64,000 nt of DNA. It comes from Candidatus Shapirobacteria bacterium (lineage in GTDB: Bacteria > Patescibacteriota > Microgenomatia > UBA12405). The notes beneath the pieces were generated by a model. It did no database searches. It saw nothing but the letters and a program-made list of their open reading frames with translations, and had not been told where the DNA came from. Of this stretch, positions 56,197 to 64,000 are shown piece after piece. The stretch covers positions 261,867 through 325,866 of the forward strand of contig JBAYIT010000002.1 in NCBI GenBank assembly GCA_041665485.1. The letters run 5' to 3'. The translations under genes were made by a program, and so were the position numbers. Positions within the stretch are counted from its first letter, which is position 1. Each line of letters opens with the position of its first letter.

Positions 56197-56913
56197 GTGC
56201 CAACTATTGACCCTAATATTGCTGTTCTCGAATTTCGTCCCGGACCCGGTGGCGAAGAATCCCAAATCTGGCTTCAGGATCTGATGAACATGTACACCCG
56301 CTATGCCACTAAAGTTGGCTGGAAATCCAGCCTCCTCGACGATGATGTTGTCAAAATAACTGGCGTTGACGCCTACGAACAACTCAAGTGGGAAACCGGC
56401 ACTCACCGGGTTCAACGTATTCCCGTCACTGAAAAACACGGCCGAATTCATACCTCCACCGCTGCGGTGGTGGTTCTCCCCTACGTCACCAGCAACGACA
56501 TTACCATCAACCCCGATGACCTGGAAATGACCGCTTCCCGGGCCGGCGGTCATGGTGGCCAAAACGTTAATAAAGTCTCCACCGCCGTCCGTCTGCTTCA
56601 CAAACCCACCGGCATCACCTTCTCCGTCCGCCAAGAACGCTCTCAACAGCAAAATCGGGAAATTGCCATGAATTTACTTAAAGCCAAATTGTGGCAAATG
56701 GAAGAAGACAAGAAAAACTCCGGCGCCTCCTCCACTCGAAGCTCAATTGGCCAAGCCCTTCGCTCCGACAAAATCCGCACCTACAATTACGCCCGCAACC
56801 AAATCAAAGACCATCGCATCGACAAATCTTTTAATCTCAAAAACTGCCTTGACGGCGACCTAGTCGACCTCCTCCTCGAACTCACCGTCCTCAACTCCCC
56901 TCCCCAACCCTAA
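56197..56913 (+). CDS. prfA: Peptide chain release factor 1-like protein lacking N-terminal domain 1 (GGQ and PVT motifs present)
   Basis: 238 aa. RIPVTE (PxT tripeptide) and [12 protein letters not shown]. Alignment starts at roughly residue 107 of E. coli RF1. No upstream ORF encodes domain 1. GTG start. Confidence 0.65.
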   Translation: MPTIDPNIAVLEFRPGPGGEESQIWLQDLMNMYTRYATKVGWKSSLLDDDVVKITGVDAYEQLKWETGTHRVQRIPVTEKHGRIHTSTAAVVVLPYVTSNDITINPDDLEMTASRAGGHGGQNVNKVSTAVRLLHKPTGITFSVRQERSQQQNREIAMNLLKAKLWQMEEDKKNSGASSTRSSIGQALRSDKIRTYNYARNQIKDHRIDKSFNLKNCLDGDLVDLLLELTVLNSPPQP

Positions 56914-57050
56914 CCATAAATTATCTCGTCGTCCTCACTTAATCCCATTGGTTTATCTCCAACTATCTTTATGGTACTAAAATCCATCAAAGACATCTTC
57001 TTTCCTTTTTTCTTGATCTTTTTCGCTCTCATTATTATTATTCTACTACA

Positions 57051-57422
57051 TCAACCCCGCCGACTAATCACCATCACCGCAGGCTCAGTTTCACCGTTAG
57101 ATTTATTCCCAACACTAAAACCAACAAAGTCAACATGTTGCCCACGTGCCACCAAAGAAATCTCTACCTCGCCATAAACGCGAGTATGCGATCCATCTCC
57201 AGAATAATAATCAAACCCACCTTTTCCAGAATTCGCATCAACAAACACCCCATCGTCGCTTTCTGACCCACTGACTTCAACGCTTAAATCCACGGGGGCC
57301 TCCGACCCACGAACTAGAATAACACCTAATTCACTCAAGCCATCAGTTATCTCTTTCAGCCCCAACCTATCCCCCTCCTCCACAAATAACGGTTTATCAG
57401 CAATCAAGATTTCCGCTCTCAT
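57051..57422 (-). CDS. Hypothetical protein co-transcribed with htrA
   Basis: ATGA overlap with the htrA stop. Confidence 0.35.
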   Translation of the reverse strand: MRAEILIADKPLFVEEGDRLGLKEITDGLSELGVILVRGSEAPVDLSVEVSGSESDDGVFVDANSGKGGFDYYSGDGSHTRVYGEVEISLVARGQHVDFVGFSVGNKSNGETEPAVMVISRRG

Positions 57423-58546
57423 ACCCTCTTCTCCAACCTCGCCCTCAAATTAACCTCTGATTTGTCTCGCCAGAGTTTGATGGTAACCTCATCACCAATT
57501 TTTTTCTTATTTATCAAACTTACAATCGATATATCCTTATTATCAACCAATTTTACCCCGTCAATTTCCGTAATTATATCCCCCACTTTAACCCCCGCTT
57601 TAGCCGCTGGCCCATTGTCCGTTAGTGCCTGGACATAAGCTCCGGCGGGGACTTCGTTTAACAGCGCCGCTTGTTTCGTAATCATTTGGTACGACACCCC
57701 CAAATACGGCCGTTCAAATCCGCCGGTAGTTTTAAAGTTATTAATCGAGTCTCTAATCAAATTGATAGGCAGGGCAAAGCCAATGCTTTGGGCGCCCTGG
57801 CTCACCGCCACATTCACTCCAATAACCTCTCCTGCCGAATTAAATAATGGCCCGCCTGAATTACCAGGATTTATCGCCGCATCGGTTTGAATTACATTCT
57901 CCAATTTTTCCGACCCCTCAAACGGATTCCCCGCCGTTATCCCCCGCCCCAATCCAGAAATCACCCCTTTAGTCACTGTCGACCGAAATTCTCCCAAGGC
58001 CGTCCCAATCGCAATCACCGTTTGCCCTACTTTTAGTTTATCCGAATCTCCCAACTTCACTGGCGTCAATCCTTTTTTATCCACCCTCAAAATCGCCAAA
58101 TCGTTTTCCGGATCGCGATAAATCTCTTTAACCTCCACTACTTCATCTTTACCAATTACTACTTTATATTTGGCCGTTGTATCGGAAACTACGTGTTTAT
58201 TAGTCACTATCAACCCATCGTTACTTATCACAAATCCCGTTCCAATGTCCTGCTCGATCTTCTGTTCTTGTTGTTGCTGTTTGGGTATCTGCATGCCAAA
58301 AAAGTCACCAAAAATATCAAAGCCCGGGAACAAATTATTATTAATAATATTTGTTTTACTAATAGAAACTGTCACCACACTCGGTGTTGCCTCTTCCACT
58401 ACCTTTGTCACCACCGACTCCTCATCAACCACTTCAAGTGGCTTGGTTATTGGTTTCTCCACTACTGCCCCACGTAACGCAAAAGCCACCAAAACTCCGC
58501 CCAAAACCAATCCCAAAATAAAATTTCTAATCGTCTTCGTCTCCAT
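57419..58546 (-). CDS. htrA: HtrA/DegP-family serine protease with PDZ domain
   Basis: GTGFVISNDGLIVTNKHVV and GNSGGPLFN. Confidence 0.85.
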   Translation of the reverse strand: METKTIRNFILGLVLGGVLVAFALRGAVVEKPITKPLEVVDEESVVTKVVEEATPSVVTVSISKTNIINNNLFPGFDIFGDFFGMQIPKQQQQEQKIEQDIGTGFVISNDGLIVTNKHVVSDTTAKYKVVIGKDEVVEVKEIYRDPENDLAILRVDKKGLTPVKLGDSDKLKVGQTVIAIGTALGEFRSTVTKGVISGLGRGITAGNPFEGSEKLENVIQTDAAINPGNSGGPLFNSAGEVIGVNVAVSQGAQSIGFALPINLIRDSINNFKTTGGFERPYLGVSYQMITKQAALLNEVPAGAYVQALTDNGPAAKAGVKVGDIITEIDGVKLVDNKDISIVSLINKKKIGDEVTIKLWRDKSEVNLRARLEKRV

Positions 58547-58551
58547 AAAAA

Positions 58552-59754
58552 CTATTTTAGTAGCTCCTCTACCGCCTTGTCAAATTGGTTGTCAACCTTA
58601 CTTTCGGGATTCTTTGGTGCCTCATATTTGACCACCACATCCGGATCAACCCCAACTCCATGAATGTTTTTCCCATCCGGTAACAACCATTTAGCTACCG
58701 TCACATGAAGCCCGGATCCGTCAGGCAACTCCTCCGGCTGTTGCACTGTTCCCTTGCCAAAGGTTTTCTCCCCAACCAACTTTCCCCGGCCGTAATATTT
58801 CAAAGCTCCGGCCAAAATTTCTGCTGCTGAAGCCGAACCGCCATTGACAAGCACCACCAATTTTGGCTTAGTTAACTGTCTTTTTGTTTCATCAACCTTA
58901 TATTGTTCTTCTTTTCCTCCGCTCGACGCCTGGGTCACCACCACTCCACTCTCAAGCAAGTCCGAAGCTACCACCACACTGGCTTGTAAAAACCCTCCCG
59001 GATTATTTCTTAAATCCAACACCACCCCGGCTAAATTCTTCTCTCCGTTAATTTCTTCGACCACTGTCGGCCATTCTTCATAAATCCTCTCCGAAAATTT
59101 ATAGAGTTTTACCCAAGCCACCGATTTATTATTTTTCGTCACCATTTCTAGCTCCAAGCTTGGTACTACAATATTTTCTCGCTTCAAAGTTACCTCAAAT
59201 GGTTCATTCTTGCCTTCTCGATATATTTTCAAAACAACCTCTGTCCCTATTTTACCTCTAATCAAATTAACCGCTTCATCCAATGAAATTCCTGTCGTGT
59301 CTTTGTCCACACTGTTATTTTTGTCTATAATTTTGACAATTAAATCCCCTGCCCTAAGCCCCGCTTTTTCCGCTGGAGTTTTTGGTAATGGCGACATTAC
59401 CGCCAAATTTTTGTCCTTGTAACCAAGGCTTATCCCCACTCCTCCAAACTCACCAGCCAAATCTTGAGTCGATAACTTATTTTCTTTCGGGGGCAAAAAA
59501 ACAGTATAAGGATCATCCAAAGATGCCACCAATCCCTCGATTGCTCCATAAGTCATTTCCTTATCTTTTATTTTTTCTTTATCGAGATATATTTCCTTTA
59601 ATCTGTCCCTCACCTGCCACATTAGCGATAAATCTAAAACGTTGTTTGTTGAGGAATTCGCCGGAACTAACCGCTTCTCACCTAATCTGTAACCACCGGC
59701 AAAAAACACCGCCCCCACCGCCATCAATACTAATAAGTTTCTTAAACTTCTCAT
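58552..59754 (-). CDS. ctpA: Carboxyl-terminal processing protease (S41 family)
   Basis: LDLRNNPGGFL plus a PDZ domain. Confidence 0.8.
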   Translation of the reverse strand: MRSLRNLLVLMAVGAVFFAGGYRLGEKRLVPANSSTNNVLDLSLMWQVRDRLKEIYLDKEKIKDKEMTYGAIEGLVASLDDPYTVFLPPKENKLSTQDLAGEFGGVGISLGYKDKNLAVMSPLPKTPAEKAGLRAGDLIVKIIDKNNSVDKDTTGISLDEAVNLIRGKIGTEVVLKIYREGKNEPFEVTLKRENIVVPSLELEMVTKNNKSVAWVKLYKFSERIYEEWPTVVEEINGEKNLAGVVLDLRNNPGGFLQASVVVASDLLESGVVVTQASSGGKEEQYKVDETKRQLTKPKLVVLVNGGSASAAEILAGALKYYGRGKLVGEKTFGKGTVQQPEELPDGSGLHVTVAKWLLPDGKNIHGVGVDPDVVVKYEAPKNPESKVDNQFDKAVEELLK

Positions 59755-60509
59755 TTGCTTTTTGATTCTACCACCAACAATCGTCCTGCCGTAGCATTAA
59801 GTAAACAACGATAAATTTTGTCTTTTTCAAATTCCTCCACCAGCTTTATCCAATCTTTATTATTAACTTTTAGTACAGGCAAATCAGTCTCTATTTCTTC
59901 AACTATTTCCTTGGCCACCACTCCCACCACTCCAACTGCTTCCATTTTCAAAATTAGTAATTGATCAAGTTTTGAAACCAACACCACCCTTCCGTCAAAC
60001 TCAGCCGAAACGTCAGATAACTTTTCCACTATTTTTTGTCCACCAATCGTTCCCCAGGATTTATCCGACCCCACCCCTTCTCCCTCAATCTTAACTGCCC
60101 TAAATTCGATTACTACCTTCCCCTTTTCCGGTATCTTCACCACCCCATCAACCGGCGAATCCACCCCTATTTCTTTTCCCCTAATCTCATAAATCAAATT
60201 ACCAAACTCATCAATTCCCTTAATCACCGCATTCTCTCTTGCCAACAAGGGCTTCCTCTGTTTCCAAAACCCGCCCCCGCTCCTTAACTCCTCCCCTGCC
60301 GTTATCTCCTTACCAACCCATTTTCGTAACCAATCTTCCTTTTCTCCGGATCTCCACACTAAAGCCACCGCCGATGAATCCACCACATCGGTCCGTTCAT
60401 TTAGTTTGACAATTGTTTCCCCGTGCTCAATCTTCTGACCATCCTTTACCAAAACCCGGCCCCCATCCGGCACCTCCACCACCCATTTAGCTAAAACCGA
60501 CAACTTCAT
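59751..60509 (-). CDS. Hypothetical protein
   Basis: ORF only. An N-terminal lipoyl/barrel-sandwich-like segment is possible. Confidence 0.35.
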   Translation of the reverse strand: MKLSVLAKWVVEVPDGGRVLVKDGQKIEHGETIVKLNERTDVVDSSAVALVWRSGEKEDWLRKWVGKEITAGEELRSGGGFWKQRKPLLARENAVIKGIDEFGNLIYEIRGKEIGVDSPVDGVVKIPEKGKVVIEFRAVKIEGEGVGSDKSWGTIGGQKIVEKLSDVSAEFDGRVVLVSKLDQLLILKMEAVGVVGVVAKEIVEEIETDLPVLKVNNKDWIKLVEEFEKDKIYRCLLNATAGRLLVVESKSK

Positions 60510-60523
60510 AAAGCCATTATACC

Positions 60524-60784
60524 CTAAGCTCTAGTCGTAAACGGCATTAAGCCCAAATGCCTTGCCTGTTTTATCGACCTGGCTATTTGTCTTTGATGCT
60601 TAGCACAAACTCCGGAATAGTTTTTTCCAATTATTCTTGCCCTACCCGACAAATATTCTCCAAGTTTTTCATAATCAGTCCACGAAGGAGTTGTCTTTTC
60701 CGCACAAAAATAGCAAACCTTAGACTTAGCTAAAGCTCTTTTCCTGGCTAAATTGGTTTCTTTAATCGATCTCTTTGTGGCCAT
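60524..60784 (-). CDS. rpsR: 30S ribosomal protein S18
   Basis: CYFCAEK...RQIARSIKQARHLGLMPF. Confidence 0.85.
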   Translation of the reverse strand: MATKRSIKETNLARKRALAKSKVCYFCAEKTTPSWTDYEKLGEYLSGRARIIGKNYSGVCAKHQRQIARSIKQARHLGLMPFTTRA

Positions 60785-60789
60785 ATTTT

Positions 60790-61344
60790 TTAAAAAGGCA
60801 TTTCATCACTTTTATCTTCTGGTTTTTTCTCCCCTGTTCCCTCTTCGGTTGGAGTTTCTGCTATCGGCTCCACTACTGATGGCATCGGTTCGCCTAAATC
60901 GTCAGGGATAGTGATATCACCAATTTCTCCCCCAGCCACTAAACTCGGTTCCACCGGAGCCGCCAAATCAACATTTTGTTCCTCTCTATTATTGTTTGAA
61001 GCAAATCCTTTATTATCTAAAATCATCATATCATCAATAACAACTTCAGAAATCTGTTTCCTCTGACCTTCCTGATCGGTAAATTCCCGATATTGGATTC
61101 TTCCTTCAACGTAAACCCTCCTGCCCTTACCCAACAACTGAGAGCACAATTCGGCAAGCTTGTTCCAAGCCACAATTCGATGAAATTGAGCGTCTTCTTT
61201 TCTTTCTCCTTGTTTGGTCACCCAAACTCGGTTAGTTGCCATTCCGAAGCTCACTACCGCCATCCCGCCGGGTGTATACCTCAACTCCGGATCGCGGGTA
61301 AGATTCCCTATTAACATTACTTTGTTTAAGCATCTGCTTGGCAT
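60790..61344 (-). CDS. ssb: Single-stranded DNA-binding protein
   Basis: OB-fold N-terminus and an acidic C-terminal tail ending DEMPF. Confidence 0.85.
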   Translation of the reverse strand: MPSRCLNKVMLIGNLTRDPELRYTPGGMAVVSFGMATNRVWVTKQGERKEDAQFHRIVAWNKLAELCSQLLGKGRRVYVEGRIQYREFTDQEGQRKQISEVVIDDMMILDNKGFASNNNREEQNVDLAAPVEPSLVAGGEIGDITIPDDLGEPMPSVVEPIAETPTEEGTGEKKPEDKSDEMPF

Positions 61345-61359
61345 ATTGTTTTCCTTTTG

Positions 61360-61641
61360 TTAGTTCTTTAATACTAAATAACGAATAATATCAGTATTGC
61401 GGTTTAAGTATAAATTAATTTCGGAAAAATTGATATCTTCCTTTCCTTCAGCTTTAAACATCCAAAAATCACCTTTATTCTGGTCGGCAATTGGGTAAGC
61501 CAGAGGTTTAACTCCCAAATGTTCCATCTTACCGTCTTTCCAACCAAATTTTTTAAATTGTTCGGCCACCACCTCCACCGGTTTTTCTCCGGCCTTGGGG
61601 GAAAAAACCAAGACAATTTCGTATTTTTGTTTCTCTGCCAT
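61360..61641 (-). CDS. rpsF: 30S ribosomal protein S6
   Basis: MAEKQKYEIVLVFSPK... Confidence 0.8.
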   Translation of the reverse strand: MAEKQKYEIVLVFSPKAGEKPVEVVAEQFKKFGWKDGKMEHLGVKPLAYPIADQNKGDFWMFKAEGKEDINFSEINLYLNRNTDIIRYLVLKN

Positions 61642-61673
61642 ATTTAATGCTAGTTAGCTTACCACGGTATAAT

Positions 61674-63056
61674 CTATTTTACAACGGCTTTCAATTTCGA
61701 TCCATTACTAGTATCCTCCACCTCCCAGCCCAGGTCTTTGATTTCCCCTCTTATTCTATCTGACTCTGGCCAGTTTTTCTCACTTCTAGCTTTCTCCCGA
61801 AGAGCCGTCAATTTCAAAACCTCTGGAGGGATTTCTTCCTTTTCCTGTTTTTTATCAAGTTTTAACCCCAACACTCGGTCAAAATCCAAAATCGTCGCCC
61901 TTTTGTCTTTATCATTTATTTTTTCATCCTTTGTTAATTTCCACACCAACGCCAATGCCTCCGGTGTTGCCAAGTCATCACCAATTTTTCTTGCAAACTC
62001 TTTTTTGTAATCCTGATTTACTTCTCCCCCACCCTCCCAGTCCGCCACCAACTCTCTTAACTTAAACAAAGCTGTTTGTGAGGCTTTTAAAGATTCTAAC
62101 GAAAATTCTAATCCCTTACGATAATGCGACGTTAACACTAAATATTTATGCGCCAGTGGATCATACCCCATCTCCACCAACTGCTCTGCTGTATACCCAT
62201 TCCCTAAACTTTTGCTCATTTTCACTCCACCTTTCATTACCAACCAAGCATTGTGAAGCCAATAATTAGCCGTTTGATGACCAAAAGACCCAAAGCCTTG
62301 GGCAATTTCATTAGTATGGTGCACCCCAATATGCTCAATCCCACCTGTATGAATATCAAAAGTCTCTCCCAAATATTTTGTTGACATCGCCGTGCACTCA
62401 ATATGCCAACCCGGAAAGCCCTCACCCCAAGGGCTACCCCACTTCATAATATGATTAGGTTGATTAGTCACCCACAACAAAAAGTCCCATGGGTTTTTTT
62501 TCTCCTGATCTATCTCCACCCTAGCTCCAGCATCCATTTCATCCAATTTTAAATTGGCAAACTTAGCATAATCGATAAATTTAGCCGTATCAAACACTAA
62601 TCCTGTTTTAGTCATATAGGCAAATCCATTGGCTTCAATTCTTTTAGCAAGTTCTATTTGCTCACTAATATGTTCCGTCGCCCGGCAAACCACATCCGGC
62701 CGGACAATATTAAATCTATCCAAACTATCCAAAAATTGACTTTCATATTTTCTAGCAATTTCCCACACCGTAAGTCCTTCTCTTTTAGCTCCTTTCTCCA
62801 TTTTATCCTCACCTGTATCAGCATCAGATGTCAAATGCCCAACATCGGTCACGTTCATTACCCAGTTTACTTCGTTACCAATATATCTCAAAAAATTTAC
62901 CAATGTCCCCCATTGAGTGTAGGCATACATATGGCCAATATGTTGATTCCAATATACTGTCGGTCCGCAGGAATAAATCCCTACTTTTCCCTCCACTATT
63001 GGCTTAAATTCCTCTTTTGTCCTCGTCGCCGTGTTATAAAGTTTCATCTTTTCCAT
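61674..63056 (-). CDS. cysS: Cysteinyl-tRNA synthetase
   Basis: HIGH-like GHMYAYT and KMSKSLGN. Confidence 0.85.
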   Translation of the reverse strand: MEKMKLYNTATRTKEEFKPIVEGKVGIYSCGPTVYWNQHIGHMYAYTQWGTLVNFLRYIGNEVNWVMNVTDVGHLTSDADTGEDKMEKGAKREGLTVWEIARKYESQFLDSLDRFNIVRPDVVCRATEHISEQIELAKRIEANGFAYMTKTGLVFDTAKFIDYAKFANLKLDEMDAGARVEIDQEKKNPWDFLLWVTNQPNHIMKWGSPWGEGFPGWHIECTAMSTKYLGETFDIHTGGIEHIGVHHTNEIAQGFGSFGHQTANYWLHNAWLVMKGGVKMSKSLGNGYTAEQLVEMGYDPLAHKYLVLTSHYRKGLEFSLESLKASQTALFKLRELVADWEGGGEVNQDYKKEFARKIGDDLATPEALALVWKLTKDEKINDKDKRATILDFDRVLGLKLDKKQEKEEIPPEVLKLTALREKARSEKNWPESDRIRGEIKDLGWEVEDTSNGSKLKAVVK

Positions 63057-63429
63057 TATACATCTTCAACCCCCTCACCTTCTCAAAATGCTTTTTATTC
63101 AATGTTGCCAGTTTAGCTTTTTTGACAAGGCAACTGGCCGCAATCCAAGCATCGTTGCCAAAGGCTTGTTCTTTTCTCCTTATTTCCCCATATTTAGCCG
63201 CAATTGAAACATTAATATCAACGATTTCCATACCCTTAAACATTGACACTAATTCCCGCCGGAACTTTTCCGTTTTCATTGATTTACCTGCCAATAGTTC
63301 ACCAACCACCACCACCGGCACCACCAACTTTCTCTCACCCTTACTTGCCCATTTGATTAAACTTGGCAATATTTCCCCACGGCGAATATATTCAATAAAA
63401 ATAGAAGTATCGACAACAAAATTTACCAT
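63034..63429 (-). CDS. PIN-domain toxin (VapC-like)
   Basis: MVNFVVDTSIFIEYI... Confidence 0.6.
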   Translation of the reverse strand: MVNFVVDTSIFIEYIRRGEILPSLIKWASKGERKLVVPVVVVGELLAGKSMKTEKFRRELVSMFKGMEIVDINVSIAAKYGEIRRKEQAFGNDAWIAASCLVKKAKLATLNKKHFEKVRGLKMYNGKDETL

Positions 63430-63689
63430 TTTGGGAACCTGTCAACTTTTGACTCCTCTCTGATTTTTTCTACATCCGACCAATCAAATCTATTCAAATA
63501 TTTTCTCGCCCTTTCCATATCTTTCCCATATTTCTCCCAATCAAATTTCTTTGTCTGTTTTGGCCTAATCTCTGCCACCACCTCACCATGCAACATGATG
63601 TTGGTAATTTGTTTGTTAATTTTAGCCGCCGCCACCACATCAAACAACTCTTTTCTCAATTCCGTTACCGTCATTGTTTTTACAATCAT
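63423..63689 (-). CDS. Phd/YefM-family antitoxin
   Basis: MIVKTMTVTELRKELFDVV... Confidence 0.6.
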   Translation of the reverse strand: MIVKTMTVTELRKELFDVVAAAKINKQITNIMLHGEVVAEIRPKQTKKFDWEKYGKDMERARKYLNRFDWSDVEKIREESKVDRFPKW

Positions 63690-63733
63690 AACTTAGTGTA
63701 CATCAACGTACGTTCCTCTGTCAATATCTGCTT

Positions 63734-63997
63734 TTAATCCACCTTTCCCTTAAATTCACTCGTCTGGCTTAGTTGATCAATTGTCGGTTGCATCTGTTTC
63801 TTCTTGCCTTGAGGCATCAGAGCACTCCCTCTTTGCTTCTTTCTTTTAGCCGGATTGGTCGACTCACCTCCCGACAATGCTTGTCTCTCGGCCATTTCCG
63901 CTTCTCTCTGCCGTCTAATTTGCTCTAGAAACTGCTTCTCTTTTTCCTCTTCCTCTTTTTCCTTCTCTTTTCTTATCTCTTCAATTTCTGCCTCCAC
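63734..63997 (-). CDS. Hypothetical Glu/Lys-rich protein (may extend beyond window end)
   Basis: ORF only. Confidence 0.3.
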   Translation of the reverse strand: MEAEIEEIRKEKEKEEEEKEKQFLEQIRRQREAEMAERQALSGGESTNPAKRKKQRGSALMPQGKKKQMQPTIDQLSQTSEFKGKVD

Positions 63998-64000
63998 GTT

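Overview
This 64 kb window is a chromosomal segment of a small-genome bacterium. Gene content and style are most consistent with a Candidate Phyla Radiation / Patescibacteria-type organism (inference). Supporting signs are many short hypothetical proteins, no strong Shine-Dalgarno sites, frequent TGnTATAAT promoters sitting 5-10 nt upstream of start codons (leaderless mRNAs), and AT-rich word-like intergenic tandem repeats.

The left third is a large minus-strand type IV pilus (T4P) locus:
- pilN (partial) and pilM.
- A 254-aa membrane protein.
- A giant 1856-aa cysteine-rich surface protein with three internal tandem repeats.
- A translationally coupled 569-aa lipoprotein.
- Separately: an M16 peptidase with a small acidic peptide gene, a GT4 glycosyltransferase, eight tandem prepilin genes, the prepilin peptidase pilD, an RHH regulator, a ninth (major) pilin, and pilC, pilT and pilB.

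The middle of the window holds housekeeping genes: holB-like, a Fic protein, ligA, pth, tRNA-Ala, a MacAB-like ABC efflux system, ferredoxin, a SpoU methyltransferase, gyrB and gyrA, and xerD.

The right part holds a YebC regulator, RluA, a short LspA, DksA/TraR, tRNA-Leu, dnaB, tRNA-His, an unknown 540-aa protein, hisS, two VapBC-like toxin-antitoxin pairs, rpmE, an RF1 lacking domain 1, HtrA, CtpA, the rpsF-ssb-rpsR operon and cysS.

Most notable observations:
1. A leaderless 12-codon ORF with three consecutive His codons, followed by an intrinsic terminator, sits immediately upstream of tRNA-His and hisS. This is a candidate His-sensing peptide-leader attenuator.
2. The giant cysteine-rich repeat protein and its coupled lipoprotein are embedded in the pilMN operon behind a near-consensus promoter. 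A 49-nt palindrome-containing element upstream of that promoter recurs upstream of another gene.
3. A small acidic peptide gene with a strong SD and a long structured leader lies directly upstream of the M16 peptidase.
4. A 38-54 nt hairpin-plus-AGGGGAGGATTGG intergenic element family has three copies, two of them flanking the Fic gene.
5. A 74-nt GC-rich multi-hairpin element lies in-frame inside pilD.
6. 7- to 10-bp intergenic tandem repeats are pervasive, and copies of them also sit in-frame inside ligA and pilD.
7. The RF1 homolog lacks domain 1.
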